Of a stretch of 64,000 bases of DNA, positions 55,824-64,000 are shown piece after piece. The first letter of the stretch is position 1. Each line of letters opens with the position of its first letter. The stretch is taken from assembly GCA_963812995.1 (NCBI GenBank), contig CAWEXL010000005.1, positions 204,747-268,746 of the forward strand. The letters are read 5' to 3'. Below the pieces are notes generated by a model. The model ran no database searches. It worked only from the letters and a program-made list of their open reading frames with translations, and had not been told where the DNA came from. The position numbers and the translations under genes were made by a program. Source of the DNA: an uncultured Thermoleophilia bacterium (lineage in GTDB: Bacteria; Actinomycetota; Thermoleophilia; Gaiellales; Gaiellaceae).

Positions 55824-56999
55824 GTGCTGAGCAAACTCCTGAAGCTGTGCGCGGCGGCCGCGCTCCTCGTGTTGCTCGCGGGCTGCGGCAGCCAGGCTTC
55901 GGTCCGAGTGCTCTTCCGAAGCAGCGCTGCTCCCGGCGCGGCCTCCGGCTTTCGACGCTACGAGTACGTCTTTCCCGATGGCGAGATCGACGTCTTCGAG
56001 GCCCACCCGCCGTTCCGCCTCGTCGAGCGGATCAGCGTTCCGGCAGCGCACTCTCTCCGGGGTGTGGCGGTCAGTCCTGTCACGCACACGCTCTACCTGA
56101 GCGTCGGCGGCAACGGCGGCGCGAGCGGCAACGGCGCACTCGTGGCCTACGACCTGCTGCGCAACCGCGTGCTCTGGCGGCGCAAGTTCCCGACCGGGAC
56201 GGACAGCCTGGCCGTTACGCCCGACGGACGAACGCTCTTCGTGCCGGAGGGCGAGAAGACGATGGACGACCTCTGGTACGTGGTCGATGCCCGGACCGGC
56301 GAGGTGACGCACAAGATCCACGCCGCACCCGGGCCGCATAACACCATCGTGTCGCCGGACGGGAAGCTCGTATACCTCGGCCCGCGGAATTCGCGTTTCC
56401 TCGTCGTCGCCTCGACCCGCACCGACCAGGTCGTGAAACGCGTCGGGCCGCTGAAGGGCGGTGTTCGTCCGTTCACCGTCGACGTCCAGCGGGGTCTGGC
56501 CTACACCACCGCGACCGGTTTTCTGGGGTTCCAGGTCTCGAGTCTCCGCACGGGCCGGCTGCTCTACACCGTCCCGGTCAGCGGCTTCCACGGCGGCGGT
56601 TCGCTCGGCACGCCGAGTCACGGCATCTCGCTGACGCCCGACGGCAAGCGGCTGGCCGTGATCGACGTCCCGAACAGCTATGTCCACGTCTACGACGTGG
56701 CGCAGGTGCCTCGTCGCCCGCCGCGTCGCATCGCTGACATTGCGCTCCACCCGTCGATGCAGGGCAAGGAAGTTCCGTGCGGCGGCGACTGTGGCCGCGC
56801 CGGCTGGCTCCAGAACAGTCTCGACGGCCGCTATCTGTGGGTGGCCGACGACGGCGACGTGATCGCCACCGCGACGAACAAGGTGATCGCATTCGTGCCC
56901 GCGCTCAGCAACTCGCGCTACCTGTTCGAGCTCGACTGGCAGGGCGGGCTGCCGGTGCGGACGAGCACGCGCAGCGGCATCGCCCGCGAGACGCCGTAG
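55824..56999 (+). CDS. Lipoprotein with beta-propeller (YncE/YVTN-like) repeats
   Basis: It has the lipobox LLAGCGS after a hydrophobic signal. Repeated 'VSPDG/VTPDG/LTPDGK..L.V' blade motifs are present. Intact 391 aa with a GTG start. Confidence 0.72.
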   Translation: MLSKLLKLCAAAALLVLLAGCGSQASVRVLFRSSAAPGAASGFRRYEYVFPDGEIDVFEAHPPFRLVERISVPAAHSLRGVAVSPVTHTLYLSVGGNGGASGNGALVAYDLLRNRVLWRRKFPTGTDSLAVTPDGRTLFVPEGEKTMDDLWYVVDARTGEVTHKIHAAPGPHNTIVSPDGKLVYLGPRNSRFLVVASTRTDQVVKRVGPLKGGVRPFTVDVQRGLAYTTATGFLGFQVSSLRTGRLLYTVPVSGFHGGGSLGTPSHGISLTPDGKRLAVIDVPNSYVHVYDVAQVPRRPPRRIADIALHPSMQGKEVPCGGDCGRAGWLQNSLDGRYLWVADDGDVIATATNKVIAFVPALSNSRYLFELDWQGGLPVRTSTRSGIARETP

Positions 57000-57002
57000 A
57001 GC

Positions 57003-59831
57003 TCAGCCCGGAAGCGTGATCGACGCGAGGCGCTGCGGGACGCTCGGCGGCAGCCCATGCGGCCACACGCTGCTGAGCACGGGCCCACCCGGCGTCGCGG
57101 GCGTCGCGGAGAAGTCGACGCGACCGTCCTCGTACAGCTTCACCGTCGTCCCCTGGGCCGAAGCGGGCAGCACGATCCGGAAGTGGCCGTGCTTGTCGGG
57201 CCAGTTGCCGCCGGTGGGGACGATGACGCCTTGCGGCCCCTGGACCCCGACGAGCAGGCCTTCGTAGATCGCGCCCGGGATCGTCGTCGATGCCGAGGCG
57301 ACAAGATTGCCGCTCGCCGTCGACGGGAGCTGGAAGTTGACGCTCGCGCTGCGCAGCGCCTTGAAGTTGACGGTCACGCCGAGCGGCGCTCCGTACGCGA
57401 CCTTGCCCAGCGTCACCTGCATGCTCAGCGGGACGGGATCCTTCCCCGCCTGATCCGACGCGGTGTAGAAGGACGAATACTCGCCGTCGCTGTTCGACGG
57501 CTGCGAGAACGTCCAGAAGTTGCGGTCCTGGGTTCGCGTCACCACGTAGGCGCCCGCGACAGGCTTGCCGCTCGCATCGGTGATCCGGCCGGTCAACTGA
57601 TAGGTGTAGAGGACGACCGTCGGCGGCGCGACGTTCGTCGAGTTCGCAAGCTGGCCGGTGATGATCACCGTGCCGCCCTGGCCGAGTCTGGCGTGCAGAT
57701 TCGAGATCGCGTAGGCGACCGAGAACGCGTTCGCCGCATGCAGGACGGCGGTCTGCTGTCCCGCGCTGAGGGCTGTGCCGGCGACTCGCGCGTGCGCGGC
57801 GCCGACCACGGTGACGACGTGCCGGCCCGCAAGCGTGTAGTCGACCGGATAGGTGAACGATCCGTTTGAGCCGGTCGCGGCGGGCAGAACGTACGAATCG
57901 ACCTTGATCCGGGCGCCCGACACCGGCTTGCCGTCGAGCACCAGCCGTCCACTGACGGGAGTCGTGTCGTTGCTCGACGGCGTCCAGCCCCGAATCGTCA
58001 GCCGGCTCACGCTCAGCTCGATGTGGGCGACACCGGCCGCCGCTGCCGCTGCCTTCGTCACCGCGACGGCCGGCGCCGCGGCCTGGCTCGTGGGCGCTGT
58101 GGCCACCGTCGCTTTGCTCGCCGGGCGGAACAGGCCGTTCGTGGTCCCTGCCGGCAGCGAGAACACCATCAGCTGTGCGGCCGTGCCGCCGTTGGAGGAC
58201 GTCGGCGTGCCGCCGACGGTGATCGCCACGTATTCGGTACCGGCGACCGAGAAGATCGTCGGCCCAGCCGCGATCGGGAAGCCTGCGTTGAACGTCCACA
58301 GGACCTTGCCGGTCTTCGTGTCCAACGCGCGAATCATGCCGTCGCCGCCGCCGTCGAACGCGAGGCCCGAATCGGTGGTCGTGACCCCGCCGCGCTCAGG
58401 TTCCGGCGTCTCGAGCTTCCAGACCTGCTTGCCCGTCGAGACGTCGATCGCGCTGATCGAGCCGTGGTCGTGCCAGCCCGGCAGGAGCGTGCCGAAGTTG
58501 CCGTTCTCGAGCCCGAGGAAGACGTCGCCCACGAGCTTCCGTTTGACCTGTGTGGGGGTCAGCTTGGCCTGGTCCTCGACGGCCGCAGTCTCGGCTGCGC
58601 CGTTGATCACGTAGCCGGTCGCGGGGTCGTAGGAGGCGGGCGAGTAGTTCACGCCGCCGAGCGACGAGGGGTACACGACGACCGGCTGGCCGGGCCGCAG
58701 GGCGGGATGCTCGGTACGGTCGATCACCTTGACGCGCTGGTAGATGGGCTGGCCCGTCGTTGCGTCATAGGCGAACCAGACTCCCTCCATCGTCGCCACG
58801 GATACGACGTGCCGCACCTTGCCGCCGATCTTCGCGTCGTAGACGAGCGGCGGCTGCGCGGTGTCGTACGACCACTCGTTGAAGGCCATCTGCTGCTGCC
58901 ACCACTTCTGCGCCCCGGTCTGGAGGTTGAGGGCGATCAGCGAATCGGTTCGCGCGTTCTCGCCAGGCCGCAATGACGGGTAATAGAGGGGCGTCGCCGA
59001 GCCCGTGCCGAAGTACAGCGTGTTCGTCGCGGTGTCGATGGTCTGCGGCGTCCAGTCCACGCCGCCGCCGACCAGCCGGCCGTCCTTTCGCCACTCGGTC
59101 TGCTCCGGCGGGATCGTCCAGTACGGGTTCGCCCAGGCCGGGGTGAGATCGGTGTGGTAGCCCATCACGAAACCGCGCACGCCGTACTCGGAGCCCGCGG
59201 CCCCGACGACGAGGATGTGATTCGCGCATACAGGCGCGCTCGTCTCCGAGTAGCCGTAGTTCGAGGCCGCACCCGGCACGGCGTCCGCGATCGGAACGGT
59301 GTTGATCAGGTGCCCGTCAACCGGCGAGAGCGCGTCGATCTGCATGTCGAGCGTCGTCAGGAAGAGCTTCCCGTCGCAGTAGGCAAGACCGCGGTTGGCG
59401 ACGATGCCGAAGTTCTTGAAGAGGGCGATGTCGGGCGGCTGGAAGCGCCAGAGCACCTTCCCGGTCGTCGCCTGCACGGCCCAGACGTTGTCGTCGTTGG
59501 TCGTGAGGTAGAGGACACCGCCGAACTCGAGCGGGAACGACTGCTCGCCGTTCTTGATGGTCGAGTCGAGCGTGCGGAAGTTGACCGTGTAGTCGCGCTG
59601 GAGCTGCGAGACGTTCGACGCGGTGATCTGCGTGAGCGGCGAGTGCCGGTTCTGGTCGGCCGTCCGTCCGAACGCGAGCCAGTCGCCTCCGGCGGCCGCG
59701 GGAGCGGCGACCCGGTGCGTGCTCCCCACCGGGTTCGGCCCCTGCGCGGCGCCGAGGCCGAGCGGGGCGAGAGCGCCCGCAACGAGCAGAGGCGCAGCTA
59801 CAACCCCCACCCAGCGAGGCAACCGGCTCAC
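57003..59831 (-). CDS. PQQ-dependent dehydrogenase-like 8-bladed beta-propeller protein with about 370-aa C-terminal extension
   Basis: Intact 942 aa with a signal peptide. Quinoprotein-type features: W-docking repeats (e.g. VWAVQATTGKVLWRF, LNLQTGAQKWWQQ, DVSTGKQVWKL, LDTKTGKVLWTF). An Ala/Thr-rich linker is followed by domains with CarboxypepD_reg-like GRLVLDGKPVSGARIKV / GRITDASGKPVAGAYVV motifs. Confidence 0.78.
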   Translation of the reverse strand: MSRLPRWVGVVAAPLLVAGALAPLGLGAAQGPNPVGSTHRVAAPAAAGGDWLAFGRTADQNRHSPLTQITASNVSQLQRDYTVNFRTLDSTIKNGEQSFPLEFGGVLYLTTNDDNVWAVQATTGKVLWRFQPPDIALFKNFGIVANRGLAYCDGKLFLTTLDMQIDALSPVDGHLINTVPIADAVPGAASNYGYSETSAPVCANHILVVGAAGSEYGVRGFVMGYHTDLTPAWANPYWTIPPEQTEWRKDGRLVGGGVDWTPQTIDTATNTLYFGTGSATPLYYPSLRPGENARTDSLIALNLQTGAQKWWQQQMAFNEWSYDTAQPPLVYDAKIGGKVRHVVSVATMEGVWFAYDATTGQPIYQRVKVIDRTEHPALRPGQPVVVYPSSLGGVNYSPASYDPATGYVINGAAETAAVEDQAKLTPTQVKRKLVGDVFLGLENGNFGTLLPGWHDHGSISAIDVSTGKQVWKLETPEPERGGVTTTDSGLAFDGGGDGMIRALDTKTGKVLWTFNAGFPIAAGPTIFSVAGTEYVAITVGGTPTSSNGGTAAQLMVFSLPAGTTNGLFRPASKATVATAPTSQAAAPAVAVTKAAAAAAGVAHIELSVSRLTIRGWTPSSNDTTPVSGRLVLDGKPVSGARIKVDSYVLPAATGSNGSFTYPVDYTLAGRHVVTVVGAAHARVAGTALSAGQQTAVLHAANAFSVAYAISNLHARLGQGGTVIITGQLANSTNVAPPTVVLYTYQLTGRITDASGKPVAGAYVVTRTQDRNFWTFSQPSNSDGEYSSFYTASDQAGKDPVPLSMQVTLGKVAYGAPLGVTVNFKALRSASVNFQLPSTASGNLVASASTTIPGAIYEGLLVGVQGPQGVIVPTGGNWPDKHGHFRIVLPASAQGTTVKLYEDGRVDFSATPATPGGPVLSSVWPHGLPPSVPQRLASITLPG

Positions 59832-59858
59832 AGTGGCATCGTTTCGGACCGACCGCGT

Positions 59859-60263
59859 CTAGTTGGGGGTGTAGTTCCCGCGCTTGACCTGGATGTACCC
59901 GCGCTCGCTATGTGGGCAGTTCAGGGTGCAGCGGTAGAGATACGTCCCGAAGTCGTCGAACGAGACGGCGAAGTCGTCGAACTGACCGGGAGCGATCGCG
60001 TTCGTCGCGTGGTCGCCGATGATGAAGTTGTGCTTCTTGGTACCGACGTTCCTGATCCGGAAGCCGATCACCTGCACGCCGCTCGAAGCATGGCGGCTGA
60101 CCACGAGAGTCTTGTCGCCAACCCGAACATTGACCGTCACGAAGGTGCCAGGGGTGCCCGTCGTGGTTCCGTGGAAGCCCATTGCGAGGGCGGTGCCTGC
60201 GACTGTCGCCGAAAGTGCAAAGACGAGTGACACGATGAGGGCTGTCTTACGGCTCAGACGCAC
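59859..60263 (-). CDS. Cupredoxin-like (plastocyanin/amicyanin-type) secreted protein with atypical ligand loop
   Basis: GTG start 5 nt after GAGGA and a signal peptide. The His-ligand context is KKHNFII and the C-terminal loop is YLYRCTLNCPHSERGYIQV. It ends 27 nt upstream of the PQQ-type dehydrogenase on the same strand. Confidence 0.68.
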   Translation of the reverse strand: MRLSRKTALIVSLVFALSATVAGTALAMGFHGTTTGTPGTFVTVNVRVGDKTLVVSRHASSGVQVIGFRIRNVGTKKHNFIIGDHATNAIAPGQFDDFAVSFDDFGTYLYRCTLNCPHSERGYIQVKRGNYTPN

Positions 60264-60317
60264 TTGGATCCTCTCTAGGTCAACGTGCTCACAGGAACGT
60301 CTCGGATCTGTGTCCGC

Positions 60318-60346
60318 ATTCTAACCAGAGATTGTTGCGTGGTTAA
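60318..60346 (-). promoter_or_regulatory. Candidate promoter of the cupredoxin-dehydrogenase operon
   Basis: On the minus strand: TTAACC (60346-60341), a 17-nt spacer, then TAGAAT (60323-60318). It sits in a locally AT-richer 87-nt gap. Confidence 0.3.
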
Positions 60347-60350
60347 TTAC

Positions 60351-61307
60351 CTAGAACGTCAAGAGCAGCCTGCGCCGAAGCAGGAGTGCGAGGGGCACGA
60401 CCGCGGCCAGAGCGATCCAGGGAGCCAGGGGTGTGATCCGTGTATCGACGCCCTCGGCCCGGCTCGGGCCACTCCCGAGCAGCTGCCGAACTGACTTCGT
60501 GGCAGCGCCGACCTGTCCAGCGTCGAAGGCGCGACCGCCGGTTGCGCGCGCGAGGTCGTCGACGAGGGTGGTCGCGTCCGGGTCGGGCCGATACGCGGGC
60601 TCGGCCACGCCCTCGTCGTACACGCGCTCGCGCGCATTCCAGATCTGCAGGACGACGAACGGCGTGCCGGCGAGCGAGGCGCTGAGTTGCGCGACGTCGA
60701 GCGACTGGCTCTCACCGTCGGTCAGCACCACGACGACGCGGTGGTGCACCCCTTTTGCGAAGAAGCCCTGCGTCCCGAGCGCGGCGAGCGCGTTGAAGCT
60801 CGTCGCGTTCGGCGCGATCTCGAGGGGCGGCGGCGACTCGATCCTCAGCGCCTCTTTCAGGGTCGAGTCGAACGTGGCCTGATCGGCGGTCGGGAAGAGG
60901 AGCGGCTCGACGCGATCCGTGAGCGACGCGACTCCGGCCGGCACGTCGGGCAGGCCGCTGCGGATGCGCGCGGCGTCGGTACGCGCGCGCTGGAGCCGTG
61001 TCGGCGCGCCGGGCCGGGCGGAAGCGAGCATCGAACGGCTGACGTCGACCACGAAGAAAACGGCGGCATCGGTGCGTTCGCGTTGCTGTGACCGGCGAAT
61101 CAGCGCGGGTTGCATCGCTGCGACAGCCAGGAGCAACGGCAGCGAGGCGACGAGGACGAGGGAGACAACGTCGGGCTGCCGGCCCGCGAGGCCGAGGGAC
61201 CGACGGACGCGTTCGGCGCGTTTGCGGCCGGCTAGCACTGCGGCGAGCGGAGCGAGCGCGACGACAGCGACGACGCCCGCCGCTGGCGTCAGCCACGTGA
61301 GCGTCAC
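60351..61307 (-). CDS. VWA domain-containing membrane protein (BatA/BatB-like)
   Basis: It has N-terminal TM helices, the MIDAS-type FVVDVSRSM, and later VLTDGES and a C-terminal TM. Intact 318 aa. Confidence 0.8.
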   Translation of the reverse strand: MTLTWLTPAAGVVAVVALAPLAAVLAGRKRAERVRRSLGLAGRQPDVVSLVLVASLPLLLAVAAMQPALIRRSQQRERTDAAVFFVVDVSRSMLASARPGAPTRLQRARTDAARIRSGLPDVPAGVASLTDRVEPLLFPTADQATFDSTLKEALRIESPPPLEIAPNATSFNALAALGTQGFFAKGVHHRVVVVLTDGESQSLDVAQLSASLAGTPFVVLQIWNARERVYDEGVAEPAYRPDPDATTLVDDLARATGGRAFDAGQVGAATKSVRQLLGSGPSRAEGVDTRITPLAPWIALAAVVPLALLLRRRLLLTF

Positions 61308-61922
61308 TCAGTAGCCTTCGCCCGCTGCGCCTGACCCAGCCCCGTGCCGCCCGGTCGAGCGAGGACCGGTGGCCGCAGCTGAGCCCGGCCGGCTGCCGCT
61401 TCCGGCCAGCAGGCGCAGCATCAGCTCGAGGTTCGCCTTCGCGTCGGCATTGTCATCGTCGAGCCGCACGGCTTGCTCCAGGTCGCCGAGCGCGTTCGTG
61501 GTGGCGCCGCCCCCCACCCCCGCGGCGGCGTCGCCGAAGAGCATCAGGCCGAGCAGGTCGAACGCCTGCGATGCGCGCTCGGGGTTCGAGTCCTGGGTCA
61601 GTGCCGCAAGCCTCGCCTCGGCGACATCGCGCTGCCTCACACCGGTGAGGTCGCTGTCGAGGCCCGGAGGCAGCGCGTAGGTCTTGCGGAAGTCCTCGAT
61701 CGCGAGTCGCAAGGCGCGGTCGGGACGAAGGCCGAGAAGGTTTTCCGACCAGCTGCTCGGAAGGGCCGTCGACGGGCGCCAGGTGGGCTGCGCGCCGGCG
61801 GCCGCTCGCACGTCACCCGCACGGAGAGCACGCGGCCAGGCGCGCAGGTCGCTCGCCAGCAGTGCGAGCGCGATCGCCGCAACCAGCAACACCAGCCCGA
61901 TCACGAGACGAGAGCGCTTCAC
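61308..61922 (-). CDS. Membrane-anchored hypothetical protein with TPR-like C-terminus (BatC-like position)
   Basis: The GTG at 61922 overlaps the upstream TGA. An N-terminal TM (RLVIGLVLLVAAIALALLA) is followed by a helical region ending ...LEQAVRLDDDNADAKANLELMLR. Confidence 0.5.
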   Translation of the reverse strand: MKRSRLVIGLVLLVAAIALALLASDLRAWPRALRAGDVRAAAGAQPTWRPSTALPSSWSENLLGLRPDRALRLAIEDFRKTYALPPGLDSDLTGVRQRDVAEARLAALTQDSNPERASQAFDLLGLMLFGDAAAGVGGGATTNALGDLEQAVRLDDDNADAKANLELMLRLLAGSGSRPGSAAATGPRSTGRHGAGSGAAGEGY

Positions 61923-62743
61923 GCCGCCGCGCCCCGCCTGAATTCGAGCGGCGGAAATGCCAGTTCGGCTGCCGCCAGCAGCAACGCGGCCGCGATGGTC
62001 GCGACGATGAGCAAGACCGGCGTCGCTGCGTGTTGCGTCGCCGCACGGGTGCCGACGGACGGGGCGGCTTCCACCGCACCTCCGCTTGCGAACAGGCGCC
62101 CGAACAGCTGCTCGTCGCTCGTGCTCGCGCTCAACGCGACGACGTGCACCGGAATGTGCGCGCGGCGCAACGCGAGCGCGGAGCTTGCGACCCGCCGGAG
62201 GTCGCCCGGGTCGTCGTCGAGGTCGCTGATCAGCAGCACGGATGGATGGTCGATCGCATCCCGGGCGATGATCGAGCGGGCCAGGTTGAGGCCGCTCGAG
62301 ATGGACGTGCCCGCGCTGAAGTCCTGCGTCCACGGATCGAGCGGGAACGTCGCGGCGAACCCGTCGTGGCCGGGCCGTAGCGTGAAGTACGGGACGAGCG
62401 ACGCAAACTCGCGCGCAGGCGTTCCGGGCGGAAGGGCCTCGTACGCGCTGCCGGAGAAGATGACGAGGCCATACCGCCTGCCGCTCACCGACAGCCGCTG
62501 CAGTGCGTCACCGATCTGCGAGAACGTGTCGGTCGAGATGCTCGCCGACAGGTCGAGTACGACCACTCCGTTGGAGCCGGCGGGCAGATACGGGTGAGAT
62601 GTCGTGCTCGGGTGCCGAGAGCCCAGGCCGACAACCGCCACCGCCACCACGAGCAGACCGGCGAGGCCGACCCGCGCCCCGCGAGTCCATGCCGCCTGCC
62701 GGCGCAGAGAAGGTGCGTCGGCCAGTGGCAGCGTCGAGCTCAC
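61919..62743 (-). CDS. VWA domain-containing membrane protein
   Basis: It has an N-terminal TM, VVVLDLSASIS (MIDAS-like DxSxS), LLISDLDDD and a C-terminal TM. Intact 274 aa. Confidence 0.72.
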   Translation of the reverse strand: MSSTLPLADAPSLRRQAAWTRGARVGLAGLLVVAVAVVGLGSRHPSTTSHPYLPAGSNGVVVLDLSASISTDTFSQIGDALQRLSVSGRRYGLVIFSGSAYEALPPGTPAREFASLVPYFTLRPGHDGFAATFPLDPWTQDFSAGTSISSGLNLARSIIARDAIDHPSVLLISDLDDDPGDLRRVASSALALRRAHIPVHVVALSASTSDEQLFGRLFASGGAVEAAPSVGTRAATQHAATPVLLIVATIAAALLLAAAELAFPPLEFRRGAAA

Positions 62744-63570
62744 TCGTCCACCGTCACGCGATTTGCGAGCTCGCCGAGCGTCTCGGGCGACGGGGACTCA
62801 CGTTCCCAGGCTGCGCGGGCCGCGTCGGCTCCGAGCCCTGCGGTGTCGGTCGCAGGGACGACGCGAGCTAGCAGCGCGAGCGCCTTGCGCCGGTCGGGGG
62901 CAGGGCGCCGTTCGGCCTCGCGCACGAGCCGCAAGGCGCGTTCGATGTCCGGGACCGGCGGCGGAACGCGGACGAAGCGTCGCCGCAGCTCCCGCAGGAG
63001 GATCGCAACGGCCCCGAGGGCAAGGAGCAGGGCGACCGCGTCGAGCGCGTCGGCTGCAAGCTTCGCCGAGACGCGTGGGTGCAGCGGCGGCGGTGTGGTT
63101 TGCAGCAGGAACGGAGGTTTTGTCGCGGTCGCCGCCCCGGCGGGCAGTCGGCTCGCCTCGACCACGGACGGCCATGACTCGCGCAGCCGCACGGTCTTGC
63201 CCGCGCGCGTGCGCACGGTGACGAGAGCGGCGGGGAGCGTCAGGGTTCGCCTCGCGCCGGCCGGAACGCAGCTCGCGGTGCGGCAGGCAACCGTGAACAG
63301 GTACGTCCGGCGAAGTAGCGGCCCGGCCCGGCTGACGGTGGAGGTGGCCGGCTTGACGATCGACCAGGCGCCGAGTGCAGGCGTGACGTTGAGCGTTGAC
63401 GGATCGTCGACGCGCGTGTCGATCGTCACGTCGACCTCGGCGAGCACGGTGTCGCCGAAGAGGATCGCGCGCGGCGTGAGGTTCGTCGAGACGGTGTTGG
63501 TCGCCCCGGCAGCAACACCGGCCAGGGCGAGAGCAGCAACACAGCACGCCGAGAGCGCGCGAACTCTCAT
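62740..63570 (-). CDS. Secreted, C-terminally anchored hypothetical protein (BatD-like position)
   Basis: The ATG at 63570 gives the signal MRVRALSACCVAALALAGVAAG. It also has a beta-rich body, a TM (AVALLLALGAVAILL) and a basic/helical tail. Confidence 0.5.
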   Translation of the reverse strand: MRVRALSACCVAALALAGVAAGATNTVSTNLTPRAILFGDTVLAEVDVTIDTRVDDPSTLNVTPALGAWSIVKPATSTVSRAGPLLRRTYLFTVACRTASCVPAGARRTLTLPAALVTVRTRAGKTVRLRESWPSVVEASRLPAGAATATKPPFLLQTTPPPLHPRVSAKLAADALDAVALLLALGAVAILLRELRRRFVRVPPPVPDIERALRLVREAERRPAPDRRKALALLARVVPATDTAGLGADAARAAWERESPSPETLGELANRVTVDE

Positions 63571-64000
63571 AGCGCTCCCGGCCAACGCCGCACGGCCCGG
63601 CGCCGGGCCGCCCACGCGCCGAAGGCGGCATCGACCGCGACCGGGTCGGGCGAGCCGAGCGCGACGGAATCGACGGCGAATCCACGCAGCCGCTGTGCGA
63701 CCTCCGCTGCGCGAGCCTCGTTCGCAACACGCCGCTCGGCGGTCCGAGCCGAGCTGAGGCGGACACCGACTCGGCGTCCGCCCGCGGCATCCGCGACCGG
63801 CAGCAGAACACCCGCGACGTCCGGGAAGCTCGCCTCCCACAGCGGATCGCGAACGATCACGGGGACGACATCGAGCCGGCGGCCGAGCAGAGGGCGGAGC
63901 TGCTCGAGCTCGGACGGCTCGAGAAAGTCGGAGATGACGAAGACGAACGTTCCTGCGGGGACCTCGGTGACGCGTCGTGCGAGCTGGGCAAGTGCAAGGG
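63567..64000 (-). CDS. DUF58 domain-containing protein (MoxR-associated), 5' end beyond window
   Basis: The frame stays open to the window edge. The translation is ...LALAQLARRVTEVPAGTFVFVISDFLEPSELEQLRPLLGRRLDVVPVIVRDPLWE..., which shows the DUF58 'VISDF' and 'D..P' pattern. Confidence 0.7.
   Translation of the reverse strand, partial: LALAQLARRVTEVPAGTFVFVISDFLEPSELEQLRPLLGRRLDVVPVIVRDPLWEASFPDVAGVLLPVADAAGGRRVGVRLSSARTAERRVANEARAAEVAQRLRGFAVDSVALGSPDPVAVDAAFGAWAARRRAVRRWPGAL

Noticed and set aside
56905-58299. 464-aa alternative-frame ORF inside the dehydrogenase gene
   Set aside because: It is on the same strand but out of frame with the intact 942-aa quinoprotein ORF, and it is Arg/Gly/Asp-rich.

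Overview
Very GC-rich, gene-dense bacterial chromosome segment (third codon positions almost all G/C). It has an Actinomycetota-like gene repertoire and frequent NTGA/TGATG start-stop overlaps. No CRISPR array, rRNA, tRNA, transposase or integrase was recognisable. Content in order:
(1) 1-2.5 kb: a hybrid sensor kinase (HATPase-REC-REC-HPt) and a REC-GGDEF regulator.
(2) 2.7-18 kb: a catabolic/transport block. It holds an amidase, a Zn-ADH, a creatinase-like M24 protein, an amidohydrolase, a 2-oxoacid dehydrogenase E1alpha, an XRE-cupin regulator, an SDR, a ribose-type ABC transporter, then E2 and E1beta.
(3) 18-28 kb: glgC, a sugar-phosphate isomerase, a secreted S53 sedolisin-like protease, a CPA2 antiporter coupled to DUF2252, a CHAD protein and an ACT-malic enzyme.
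(4) 28-39.5 kb: a galactoside locus with an MsiK-like ATPase, a GH4 glycosidase, two permeases, an SBP, then divergent DeoR-galT-lacZ and a convergent galK.
(5) 39.5-44 kb: flavin reductase, two 3-hydroxyacyl-CoA dehydrogenase-type genes, membrane proteins and a desaturase.
(6) 44.4-50.6 kb: a histidine operon (YerC/HisR-like, hisG-D-C-B-H-F-IE) with hisA split off and divergent.
(7) 50.6-54.4 kb: an uncharacterised cluster of a papain-like protein, an ATP-grasp ligase and two GxSxG esterases.
(8) rsgA, an SRP (4.5S-type) RNA that the ORF track cannot show, and a beta-propeller lipoprotein.
(9) A cupredoxin with a long PQQ-type dehydrogenase.
(10) A MoxR-associated VWA/DUF58 (Bat-like) cluster that runs off the window.
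The main caveat, and the main oddity, is that about 25 genes need one or more reading-frame switches to give a full-length product. These breaks fall in two blocks (1-17 kb and 44.4-48.8 kb), while stretches of 10-15 kb between them are clean. From sequence alone I cannot tell local consensus errors from real gene decay, so these genes are listed as pseudogenes with that caveat. The best candidate for an undescribed system is the translationally coupled esterase-esterase-ATP-grasp unit with the adjacent cytosolic papain-like protein.
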